Positions 36,557 to 47,752 of a DNA stretch of 64,000 nucleotides are shown one piece after another. Position 1 is the first letter of the stretch. Every line of letters begins with the position of its first letter. The position numbers and the translations under genes are program-made. The stretch is taken from the NCBI GenBank assembly GCA_030324005.1, contig JARDVH010000193.1:48629444-48693443 (forward strand), in the 5' to 3' direction. This DNA comes from Negaprion brevirostris. Lineage: Eukaryota. Under the pieces are notes generated by a model that worked only from the letters and a program-made list of their open reading frames with translations, made no database searches and was not told the origin of the DNA.

Positions 36557-36861
36557 AGAATCTGTACTGTGCAGAACAAGGTCATTTGGCCCATCATATC
36601 TGCGCTGACTTGCTGAAAGAGCGTTTTACCCCCTGCCCTGCGCTATCCCCATGCATTTACCGTGACTAATTCCCCTAACCTGCACATCTTTGGACTCTAA
36701 GGGGCAATTTAGCATGGCCAATCTGCACATCTCTGGACCCTGGGAGGAAACCAGAGCACCCGGAGAAAACCGACACAGACACCGGGAGAACATGCACACT
36801 CCATGTGAACTGTGGATTTAAACCTGGGTCCCGGAGGCAGCTGTACTAACCACTGTGCCAC
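36557..36861 (-). mobile_element. HE1-like SINE type A, adjacent to an oppositely oriented 5'-truncated copy (36889-37062, +)
   Basis: Family similarity on both strands. Confidence 0.83.
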
Positions 36862-37279
36862 TTGTGTATCCAGAGCATAGTTTGGTACGGTTAGGTAGAT
36901 TGGCTAAGCTAAATTGTCCCTTAGTGTCCCAGAGTGTGTAGGCCACAGGGATTAGTGGAGCAAATGCCAAGGGATGGTGGGGGGCTAGGAAGGATGCTTT
37001 TTTGGAGAATCGATGCAAACTCAATGGACTGAATGGCCTCCTGCACTGTAGGGATTCTCTGATTGTATGGAATGATGATTCAATATTGATTTGTCCCATT
37101 CCTCAGTTCATGGGTCAGCTGGGAACTGACAAAAGTTGTCTGAGTAAAGGTTCAAACAGACCTGTGAGCAAGTTAGTGCTTTGTCCAGTTAAGCTGCAGC
37201 ATTTTACAGAATGGGGAAAATACTGTATTGTAACAGAGTAGCTTACCAATTGGGATTTTCCCCTTTCTTTCTCCCACAG

Positions 37280-37445
37280 GAGAGCTCTGGCCATGGGTGG
37301 GACCTGTACTGGGGAGCACGGCATAGGCCTGGGTAAGCGACATCTCCTGACTGAAGAAATTGGCGCTGTTGGTATGCAAGTGATGAGAGAAATTAAGGCA
37401 ACGTTGGATCCAAAATCCATCATGAATCCTGGCAAAGTGGTGTAG
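37280..37445 (+). CDS. LDHD: LDHD exon 11, last coding exon (166 nt incl. TAG), [54 protein letters not shown]
   Basis: ccacag acceptor. GEHGIG catalytic motif and LDP...MNPGK C-terminal motif. Stop codon at 37443-37445. Confidence 0.97.
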
Positions 37446-37608
37446 AGCACTGCAGAGAGGGGACGCTGCCTTTTCCTGTCCAAAGGTCTTATGAGGGTCA
37501 TTGGAGAAGATGAACAGAAATTTAAAATCTCCTTGGAAAGAAAATACATGGGAAAGTTTTACAGGATAGCATTTCACATCAGGACCGAGTATCTGACATT
37601 AACTGTGA

Positions 37609-37614
37609 AATAAA
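37609..37614 (+). promoter_or_regulatory. Candidate LDHD polyadenylation signal AATAAA (alternative ATTAAA at 37800-37805)
   Basis: First AATAAA about 160 nt after the stop codon. Not validated by transcript data. Confidence 0.5.
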
Positions 37615-37995
37615 ATATTTGTGGACAGGTAAACGTTACTCCAGTTTTAATGAGTAATTTCTCAGGTGATTTGTTGAAGATGATCTGATTCCTTATAAAT
37701 AGCAGACTTGTTGGATATAAAATTATTAATTGCACTTGAATCACAAAGTAGCGAGGAACACAGATAAATACAGAATCCGTTGAACATTTTACAAAAAAGA
37801 TTAAATGAATCAAAAGTACAATTTTATCTTCAAGATGTGCCTATTTAATTTTTTTAATTCAAAAACTCCTTCAAGAAGGAAGATACATTATATGCATTAT
37901 GTTATGATTATATTGCTATAAAAATGTTATCTCCAATGCAGTGTTGTCTTTAATTCTTTGCTGAAAATCCAGCATCCAAATGCAAATAGGCTCCA

Positions 37996-38292
37996 TCATC
38001 GAATCGCCACAATGCAGAAGGAGGTCATTCGGCCCATCTAGACCACATCCCTGCAACCTGACGTATTTACCCTACTCACCCCCCTGACACCAAGGAATAA
38101 TTTAGCATAGCCAATCAACCTAACCTGCATATCTTTGGCATGAGAAAGGAAACCGGAGCACGTGGAGGAAACCCATACAAACACTGGGAGAACATGCAGA
38201 GTCCACACAGACAGTGACTCAAGGCTGGAATTGAACTGGTGCCTTGGCACTGTGAGGCAGCAGTGCTAAGCACTGTACCACCTATGTCCTGC
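37996..38292 (-). mobile_element. HE1-like SINE, tail type A
   Basis: Family similarity. Confidence 0.85.
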
Positions 38293-39154
38293 CATGGGGA
38301 GAAACATGAGTCAGGAAACAGTGTCCCTTTAGAGAATATCTTAGCCAAGTAGAACTACATCCTTCTCCACTCCCAAAAAACATTTTATTCTGAATTGCAA
38401 TGATGAATTCTGAAGAAGTAAAACACGGACAAACACAACACTGACAACAGCAGGTTCACATTCAAGCACTAGCATGTCAGTTAGGCTTTGTAACTGGAGT
38501 TTGAACTACAATCAGTAATCAGTCCAACATCCTTCCTCATTTGCTGAACATTCACTTGCAATTGGAAATGTATAAAAGTGCAGCAAATAATGGGGATGGT
38601 AATTCTAAGGAGCAACAGCTTCAGGCTGCTTTGGAGCCTAACTGGTGCAATCTTCCAACTGTACATTTCGAGAAACCCAATATCCCTACTTTCAATGTTA
38701 AAAATGGCAAACTATTATCTTCAGTGCTATTGTTTACAAAGAAGAGTGTAGCTTAAGTTGCAAAAACACATCCCGGAATGTCTCTCCACCACGAGAAGCC
38801 AAGCTGGGGCATTTCTGTCTTTTGAGATTTTCTTACTACAAAAAAGGAATTAATTTATTTGGCAGCCAGCACCTTATCGGCAATTGGAATAGCAATAAGT
38901 GACTTTGGTCCAGTTGAGAAACATCTTAAAAGCCATACAGGGATACACAATGGGTGGGATTCTCCGGCTGCACTTGCTCCAAAACCGGAGCATCCAGTCC
39001 AAGATCAATGGGCTTTTGTATGTTCTGCCCTCCCGCCAGCTACAATTCCTGAGGCAGGCAGGACAGTATAATTCCCTCCAACATTTTGTTTAACATAAGA
39101 TGTTGACCAGTAGGAGCTGCAGTGATGAAGGATCTGTTTTTAAAAGGCTATGAT

Positions 39155-39455
39155 AAATAGGAATAGAAGTAGGCCATCCAGGCCCTTGGGCTGCTCCGCC
39201 ATTCAATAGGATTGTGGCTGTTCTGATATTCTTCACGCGCACTTTCCTGCCCTTTCCCGTAACCATCAATTTCCTTATTGGTCAAAAATTTATCTACTTC
39301 AGCTTTAAATATATCCTGCCCCATAGCTCTCTGTGGTAAAGAGTTCCAAAGACTTGCAACCCTTAGAAGCATTCCCTCCTTTTCAGTTTTAAATTGGTGC
39401 CTCTTTATGCTGAGACTATGCCCTAGACTCTCCCTTGAGAGGAAGCATCCCCTCA
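39155..39455 (-). mobile_element. CR1 LINE 3' end fragment
   Basis: ORF 39148..39462 has GHSLSIK...RVASLWNSLPQRA...IFKAEVDKFL. Confidence 0.82.
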
Positions 39456-39584
39456 GAACCACTTGCTGTTGAAGCTGTCATTTAATTAATTTAGCTCCCA
39501 TTGTGGTAGCTCCATTTTATTTTTCCTTAACAGCTTTTACTGGTTGTCTGCCAGACTGCTAAATCAAGGAAAACTACCCCAATA

Positions 39585-40060
39585 AAGGCAAAATACTGCA
39601 GATGCTGGAATCTGAAACAGAAATGTTGGAAAATCTCAACAGGTCTGACAGCACCTGTGGAGAGAGACTAGAGCCTATGTGACGCTTCATTAAAGCTGAA
39701 GCTAAGGAAAATAGGAAGAGATTTATACTGCGAGGGTGGCAGTTGTAATTGATTGGGATGACATAGACAAAAAGACAAGGGGAATGTAAATGGTGATGAC
39801 AAAGGCTAGGAATGGTGCTAATATTGTCCATTATTAGATCGGAACACGTTAATGGCAGAACACGGGTGCAGAGTGTAGGAATGTGGCAGGTGGCCTGAGT
39901 GGGGTGGAGTGGTGGTGGCGGTTGGGGGAGGGTGGTGGTGAGGAGGGAAACATGATGGAAAGTGAGATTTTAGAGGTGGGCAAACAAAAATAAGGATATA
40001 AAGTAAATCAATTGATTAATAAGATGAAAAGAAATTTTTAAAAAATGGAAACAGAAAACA
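39585..40060. mobile_element. Penelope-like P2 element end plus adjoining internal sequence
   Basis: aaaatactgcagatgctggaatctgaaacagaaatgttggaaaatctcaacaggtctgacagc shared with other P2 copies. Confidence 0.6.
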
Positions 40061-43000
40061 GCCCAGACACAGGGCTGCTTTGTTAACATGGCAATTCCTT
40101 TGGGTCTATTCCAGAACACAACTGACTGGCTGGTGAGAAAGTGATTGCCTAAACCATGCCCTTGTGTGTAAACTGACTGTTCTTATCCCACATAAAGGCA
40201 GTGAGCATATATTTCAAGAAATTGATAGGATGTAATATGCTTTTGGGACGCTGTAAGGATTTAAAAACTTAGTAAATGCATGTTATTTTTCATTTGGGTT
40301 GTGTACCTGTGATCACAGCACCTTTAATACCTCAAGGAGAAATTAGACACAGCTGTTGGGGCAAAAAGGATGAAGGGATATGGGGGAAGGAAGGATCAAG
40401 ATATTGATTTTCATGATCAAAATGAATGGTGGAGCAGACTCGAAGGGCTGAGTGGCCTACTCCTGCTTCTGGTTTCTATATTTCTATGTACCTCAATCTG
40501 ATTGGTCAAAAATGCACAATTACAGAGAGATAACAGAATGTTCATCGTCAAATCCCAGGCTTTTCAACAGCTTTCCCTCAGCAGCTACTAAGCTGTAACA
40601 CTGCAAACTCACTCTAAATGCCACGGATATAGTTCTCCACTCAGGCTGCTCTGGAAGAGACATTAATTCATCAGAATTAAATTTATTAATGTCAGAAGCA
40701 GGCTTACATTAACACTGCATTAAAGTTACTGTGAAAAATCACTGTTTGTTTTGGAATTTATCCCGCGTCTCAGTGACTGCAAAATATGCCCACTGCTGCA
40801 AAATCATGAAATGTTCAATGGAGATTTACCCAGGGCGCATCTGAACTGGATGCTTAACAAACTGGTTGGTCTAATTATGCTTGTGCTGAATTCTACTACC
40901 TCAGTTTCCCACTTCAGCCACAGCTCAGCTAAGACCTTTTAACTTAAATTGAATCCGCTACACAAGAACACAAGATCTGGGATCCTGACACAATGTTCTC
41001 TTGGCTCTGTAGCTCACAGCAGAAATACAGCAACAAAATTAATACCCTTCCACATATTTCATGGATTGAAAAATAAAAACAATATTGGAAATGCTCTGCA
41101 GGTTAGGCGGCAACTGTAGAGAGAGTGAGAGTTCACATTTGGAGAGAGCAGCTCCCCCCTCCACCTAGACTTTTGTGACACTTCAAATTTTGGAAGGAAA
41201 ATTCCACAATGTACAAGTCTACACAGTTCATGGGAGATCTGTCAATACCACCACCCCACCATGGACATCAACCCCCACAGACTCCCCTCTGCATGGACCA
41301 CCCCCCTCCCCCAGGNNNNNNNNNNNNNNNNNNNNNNNNNNNNNNNNNNNNNNNNNNNNNNNNNNNNNNNNNNNNNNNNNNNNNNNNNNNNNNNNNNNNN
41401 NNNNNNNNNNNNNNNCACCCCCAGAAAGTGATTGCCTAACCCATGCCCTTGTGTGTAGACTGACTGTTCTTATCCCACATAAATACAGTGACCATATATA
41501 TAAAGAAATGGTAGGATGTAATATGCTTTTGGGGCACTGTAAGGATTTAAAAAATTAGTAAATGCATGTTCTTTCTCATTTGGGTTGCATACCTGTGACC
41601 ACAGCACCTAGCAGGTTGGTAACTGTACAGCGCGGGATATGCTGGGCCATGAGGTTACAGATTGTAGTTGGCTACAGTTCTGCTGCTGCTGAGAGCCCAC
41701 AGTGCCCCATCGATGTTCAGAATCTGTCCCATTTAGCACAGTGCTGCACAGCACAACGAAGGACATCTCCATGTACAAGTCTCCACAAGGGCTGTGTAGT
41801 GGTTACTCCTAATAACACTGTGATGGACTGCTGTTCACCCCCATGTGCCCCACTAAAACTGGAAGCATTCAAGATGGATTAGGTTGAATGTTTGGAATTA
41901 TAGCACTTTTACTTCATTTTTTGGCATTTAAAATTCCCCTCAATGAATTTTTCCACTGCGTCAAGCAGAATTATTTCAGTTAAAAAACTGACCATCTGAA
42001 GTGCAAAACTTTATTCAAGGGCCTTGCATGAGTGCAGTAAGGGAGGGAACGTAGTGCATTATCGCTAATCCACATACATTGCTAGCAAAGGCTAGGGATA
42101 AAAATCATCTTGTATAACAATTAACAAAACTAAAGGAGCTATAATATTTCTTGTTTTTCCTTGTTTTGGTTTTACAGTCAAATTAGGTACCATTCCAAAC
42201 CATAATATATTCTCAGAAAATTAAACAAAGTAGACCTGTTATTTTCTATCAGTTTTCATATGACTATGTTAACCTTGTGCTGATCTGCTTTTTCTATATC
42301 TGTGTAATATCTTTGACTTGTTTGACAGTTACAAGCGTCTACACAGTTTCTTATTAAAATGCTGCACCATCATGGCTACCCTTGAGAATTAGATCAAACT
42401 AGAAATAATTAAAATGCATATACAAATTGTGACCTTTTCAGTTAGAAATCAACCCTCAGCTACTTGCAGTGCTTCCATAACCTAAAAGGCCCCCCTCCAC
42501 CTCATTCATAGGATGTGGGCACCACTGGCAAAGTCAGAATTAATATTTAATTATCTTTGAACATTGCATTTTTATATAGTTTCTTCCCATTTAGACACCA
42601 GGAAGGTCAACCCTGATGCTGCCATTGCCCGCTTTTAGCGTGAGCATGCACGGCCCACAGAACTGCAGTGAAAACAACCTGGCAATGGGTTTTCTATATC
42701 CTCCAATTTTGTACTCATCCGGAAATGGTTTGGGGGAAAATAAAAGGCAGATTTTTTTTTTAAACGTCATAGTCCTGGGGACTCACAACTTATTCATGCA
42801 AATGGAGTATCAGTGCTCAAATTTTGAACATAGTTTTTGCACATATTAGCTAGTAATTTGATTGTAAAGCTGGCCAACTCAAATATCTAAACCGCATACA
42901 TGCAGGTACTACACCAATTATTAGGGATGTTCTGTTCTGTTGACCAGGCCATTCTTTGGGCAACCATACTTTTAGAGCCAAATTCCAAGGCTGATTCATC

Positions 43001-44309
43001 AATCTTCCATCTCTAGTGTTTTGAACTCTGGCAAGGAATGAAATAACAATGTTTAACTCTGTGTCAATATTTTAAGCCTTTACTGTGTCAGGTTCAGGTA
43101 TTCAAACCTCCAGACACTCCAGGACAAACCAGGGGAACAGCGTAAAGAACCATAAAGTGTTAGAGTCCGTAACAGAGACACCGCCCCCAGTTAGCGACTG
43201 TGGTCTTCATACACATCCATCCACTTTCAAGGGTGAAAATAAAACCTCAAAATAAAACTGGAGATAGAATTGTGGGAATGTTGTGTAGATTTTATTTTCC
43301 ATAATTTTGAAATACATACTATACATCAACATACAGGATAGTCTGTTTAAAATGAGCTTTTTTTTTGGTGTTAATCTCAGATCAACTTCTACTCAATAAA
43401 TTTAATATAAAAAGCATAATGTGCCTGTAATCATTTAACATTTTTCAAGAAACTGCATTACAAACAAATTCCATCTGTTCTCATTGGAACCTGGTGAAAG
43501 CCTGCTTACAGTAGTGTAAAATACACTAGGACAGTTGAAAGATTACCCCCTTTAATTCAAGTCTTTAAAAAATTGACTTGTAAATTAATGACTCATCAAC
43601 AATACAGTATTTCTTTCATCTTTGAAAAGTCTGTTTAGCTGTGCTGTTTTTCTTTTCAAATACTGCTTTGAAGTCCAAGGGTCCACGCCATAGTTTATTT
43701 ATGCACTAGACTGAAAAAAAGCTAGGATTTACATTATAATCAGATGCAGACAATCACATCGGGTCATTCCCTCCAACCACCTATAGGAGTCCAAACCTTT
43801 TATGGCAATGTCAAGACAACTCATTTACATAAGNNNNNNNNNNNNNNNNNNNNNNNNNNNNNNNNNNNNNNNNNNNNNNNNNNNNNNNNNNNNNNNNNNN
43901 NNNNNNNNNNNNNNNNNNNNNNNNNNNNNNNNNNNNNNNNNNNNNNNNNNNNNNNNNNNNNNNNNNNNNNNNNNNNNNNNNNNNNNNNNNNNNNNNNNNN
44001 NNNNNNNNNNNNNNNNNNNNNTACAAACTTGCATATGTACTTCCTGTAGCCATCAAGACAAGCTTTCTGGATGTACACAATGCCTATAAAAAGTTGATTA
44101 GATAATAGGCTTTCATTTTTTTAAAATTGTGCACAGTAACTGAAAATATTTTCCGTTTGGGGGGTGGGATGGAAGAAAAGAGAGACAGAGGCTGAAGCTG
44201 TTCACAGCTGCATAATTCCACTGTTATATTTATGAAAGGAATTATTTATTACAGTATCAAAGCAACAGGATGAAGAAATTACAAGCTGCAAAAAAACAAA
44301 AATAAAACC

Positions 44310-45910
44310 TGCAACTAATATCAAAACTAATTTTAAAAGCTTTATTATTAATATTGAGAGCAAGAATGTCTAAGGGAAATAGAGGCCCATTAAAGACAAA
44401 AACAGTTGGCACTGTAATAGGCGCTAAAGGGCAGATTTATTAAATGAGTACTTTGTATAGATTTTCACAATAGAGGAACAGGATACCAATGATAGAAATG
44501 AAACAATAAATCAGAAGAATCTTATTGGATTTGTATGCTTAAAAAACAAAAATAAATGGCAATGAAGAAAATAATGGGACTTAGGATAGATAAATGTTCA
44601 AATGTTTTCACTCCAGAGTGTTAAAAGAATTTTTAAGAGAATTGCGTAATATTATCTTTAAAAACTCAATTTGGTAATTGTGCAGTCATATTGGAAATTT
44701 GCCAAATTCAGTCCATTATCTAAGCGGGAAACAGAAACCAGGTAAACACATGCCTGTCATTTTAATGTTAGTTGGAAATAAGTTACTGGGATCTGTCTTT
44801 AGGGATACGACGACAATGCAATTGAATACATATGAGCTACCAGAAAGCTAAAATTGCTCTCTTAAGGACAAGTTATTTCTGACTAAGCTATCTAATGTTT
44901 ATGAGAATGTCACGAATAAGGTAGATCTATGGAGGTTATCCATGGATTTCCAGCAGGCATTTTGAGAAGATTCCACAAAAAAGATAGTAAAACTAGAGTA
45001 CACAGAATTGGAACGAGTCTTTTAACTAGTGTTGGAAATTGGTAGGGAAATAGTAAACAGAGAGTGGAATAAAAGATAGGTACTGAGAGGATGTGACAAG
45101 TGATAACTCTCAGACTACTCAATCCATCCCGAATGACAGATTCAGCATCTGGGTTTAGTTCTGCAGGTCCATATTTTCATCATACCTGTTCATGACATGA
45201 AAGAAAGGATGGAGTTGTGTCTCAAGTTGAAAGATAATATTAAGTTAGGAGGGTCAGCAACACATGCAAATAGGAAGTTAAAAAGGGATATAGCATGATT
45301 GAGTAGTCAAAACAATTTTGAATGGCGTTTGATATGGAAAAGTGCAAAATAATTCATTTTGGGCCCAAGAACCATAAATTGTGATATTTCAAATTCAAGG
45401 AAGGTCAAGAACACAAATCATTAAAAGTCAGTAGGTGAATACATCAGGCAGTCAAAAGATCTAATGAAATGTTTTCCTTTATCACAAGGAGTTGGAGTTT
45501 AAGTAGAAGAGTTGTATACAGCCTTGATCAGACCTCATTGGAGTACTCCATTCATTTCTGAGTACTCCATTTCAGCAAGGTTAGAATGACTTTAGAGAGT
45601 TGCAATAAAAATTCCCAGAGTGATAGCAGGGGTTAAGAATGTCAAATTGTCTAAACTTGGTTTATATATCCTTGAGTATAAAAAATAAGTGCCGATCCAA
45701 TTGAGATGCTTCAAAAATTAAAAAGATTTGACAGTTTCTCTACATCTACTGTTTCCTCCAGTGGATGTTATCAAAAGCAATCTTAAAATTAGAGCAAGGT
45801 CATTATGCAAGGATATGGAGCCAAGGCAAATACTTGGCACTGAAGCATTGATCAGCCAAGCTCTTAATTGAATGGAGGAGAAGGCTTGAGGATCTGAATC
45901 ATTTACTTTC
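44310..45910 (+). mobile_element. Old, heavily decayed CR1 LINE (RT to 3' end)
   Basis: Remnants of LNEYF..IFT, MDFQ.AF.K.PH and EKCKIIHFG motifs and a CR1-like 3' end. Confidence 0.7.
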
Positions 45911-46025
45911 TATTTTCCAATGGAATGAATATTCAACAAAGTAACTACAACAATCAGAAATGGAAAGTTGACAGTACTTGTACTTTTAACAAAAAATGCT
46001 TTGAATAACATATTATTCTCCTGAG

Positions 46026-46335
46026 GGAAGGTCGTATGGTGCAGTGGGTGGCACTCTACCTCTGAAGCAGAAGCTCTGGGTTCATAATTCCACTCCAGGA
46101 CTTGATGGCTACAGAAGGTGCATTCATAACATGGCCAAACAGGTTGAATATCAACCTGCAATTCCTTCCAATATGTCAGAAAGAGGGAGAAGATCTCCTG
46201 GTCAGTGAAAACAATGTTGTAGCTGTGGCGCAACAGCCTCCCCATGTTAAAAACCTCCATGCAGGTTCTCGCCAAGGCTGTAGTCCTAGGCAAGCATCCT
46301 CCTCACTGTGAGTGACTACCAGAGAGGGAGAGCTC
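46026..46335 (+). mobile_element. Third tRNA-like SINE family (copies at ~50790-50990 + and ~23370-23590 -)
   Basis: Shared 'gtgcagtgggtggcactctacctctgaagcagaagctctgggttca...cttgatggc...aacatggccaaacaggttga'. Confidence 0.6.
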
Positions 46336-47752
46336 CTTGAGTGCAATGCACACAAGTAGCCTGGGCCATGGCTGTGATGTCAACTGTTGAAATAGAAAAG
46401 TGTTTAAGAGACACAGTTCCTTTAAATCACTGCCCTTGTACTCCCTGTGGAAAAGTGGTCTCTAAGTAGATACATGGCAAAATCAATTGGAGGATATGGC
46501 ATTTTAAGACATACATGTCAACAAATGTGTATAAATTACATTGATAGGATATTGGCATAGGCAACTAATAATCGGGATCTTGCCCGACAGATCGACAATT
46601 AGAACATCTCCACTTTTAAACTAACATGAGGCATTGTAGAATTATTCNNNNNNACCTCCATAAGCAAAGAAATTATGGGGAAGAGAGTATTGCAAATTAT
46701 TTTTTGAGTAAATGTTGGAGCAACAAAACATTTTAATTATTTAGGTAGAGATTTGCCTTTCCCAATTTAGCTGTTCTTTCCTCTCCAGAGGCGACGTACC
46801 ATTCATCACTCCAGGCTGACAAGGAAAGCAGTTGCTCCACTGAAGCAGCTGTCTAACTGAGCAAGTCTCTGTGGCCTGCAATGGCTCACCTGCTGAGCTA
46901 TGCTTCCTGTCTGAGGGGAAACAACCAATTCCTGCCCCAGTGAAAACAACCACAGTCAACTGCATGAGAAGTAACAGATGCTAATGCAAATCCTGCAGGA
47001 CAACATTTGGTGACTACCCTGTCTGATAATAATTTTAGTCCAAACAATGAAAAAAGATAGGCACAACTGTGGAATCATGCAGCTTTAGGATAACTTCCTT
47101 TTTTATTATTTGCACAGGATCAACAATTGCACTAATACCCTGAAATTCTTTATACTCTTGATAAGAATTTGAGTAGGTTTTTCATACCAAAATATTATGG
47201 TTAAAATGTTTTCAGATGTGGATGAAACAACTGAGTATTTTCAACATTTTGATGTCCATTTTTTAAAAAATGCAGTAAGTTTTATGCAAGAATGTTGATT
47301 CTAGTTTCAATTTTGCTTTCAATAATATCTGTTGAATTAGGCCGCTTAATACTGAACCACTAGGTGGCATCCATGCGTGACACAAGCAGTTAAATACTGC
47401 ACACAGCTGCAACTGGACTAGGTACAAACTGGCCAGTGCCATAAACCACAGTTGTACTGCTTAGAGGGGACAGCAGTCAAAACATTACTCTCAGCTCAGG
47501 TGCTCAGCTACTGAGCGGAAACGGGACAGAATTGTATGAGAATGGTGAACACGGAGTTCATATAGTTCTAATTTAGATACTTGGGCCAGAATTTTCTGGT
47601 CATTGTGGCCAGCGAGAACGGAGAAGTTGGCTAAATCTCCATTTGCTGCAGTGGAACTGGAGAATCCTAGCTGCAGGTGAGGTTGGAGAATGCGGCCCTT
47701 GGCTCCATTTTCCCTTCACACACATTTGAAGGAAAAAGTCTCTTTTGCAATA

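Noticed and set aside
125-37445. LDHD as a pseudogene, given the unusual substitutions
   Set aside because: All ten exons have canonical splice sites, consistent phases, no stops or frameshifts, and intact catalytic motifs.
37115-37577. Minus-strand ORFs overlapping LDHD exons (also 2256..2579, 13681..13947, 29587..29847)
   Set aside because: Antisense shadows of real coding exons, with no independent homology.
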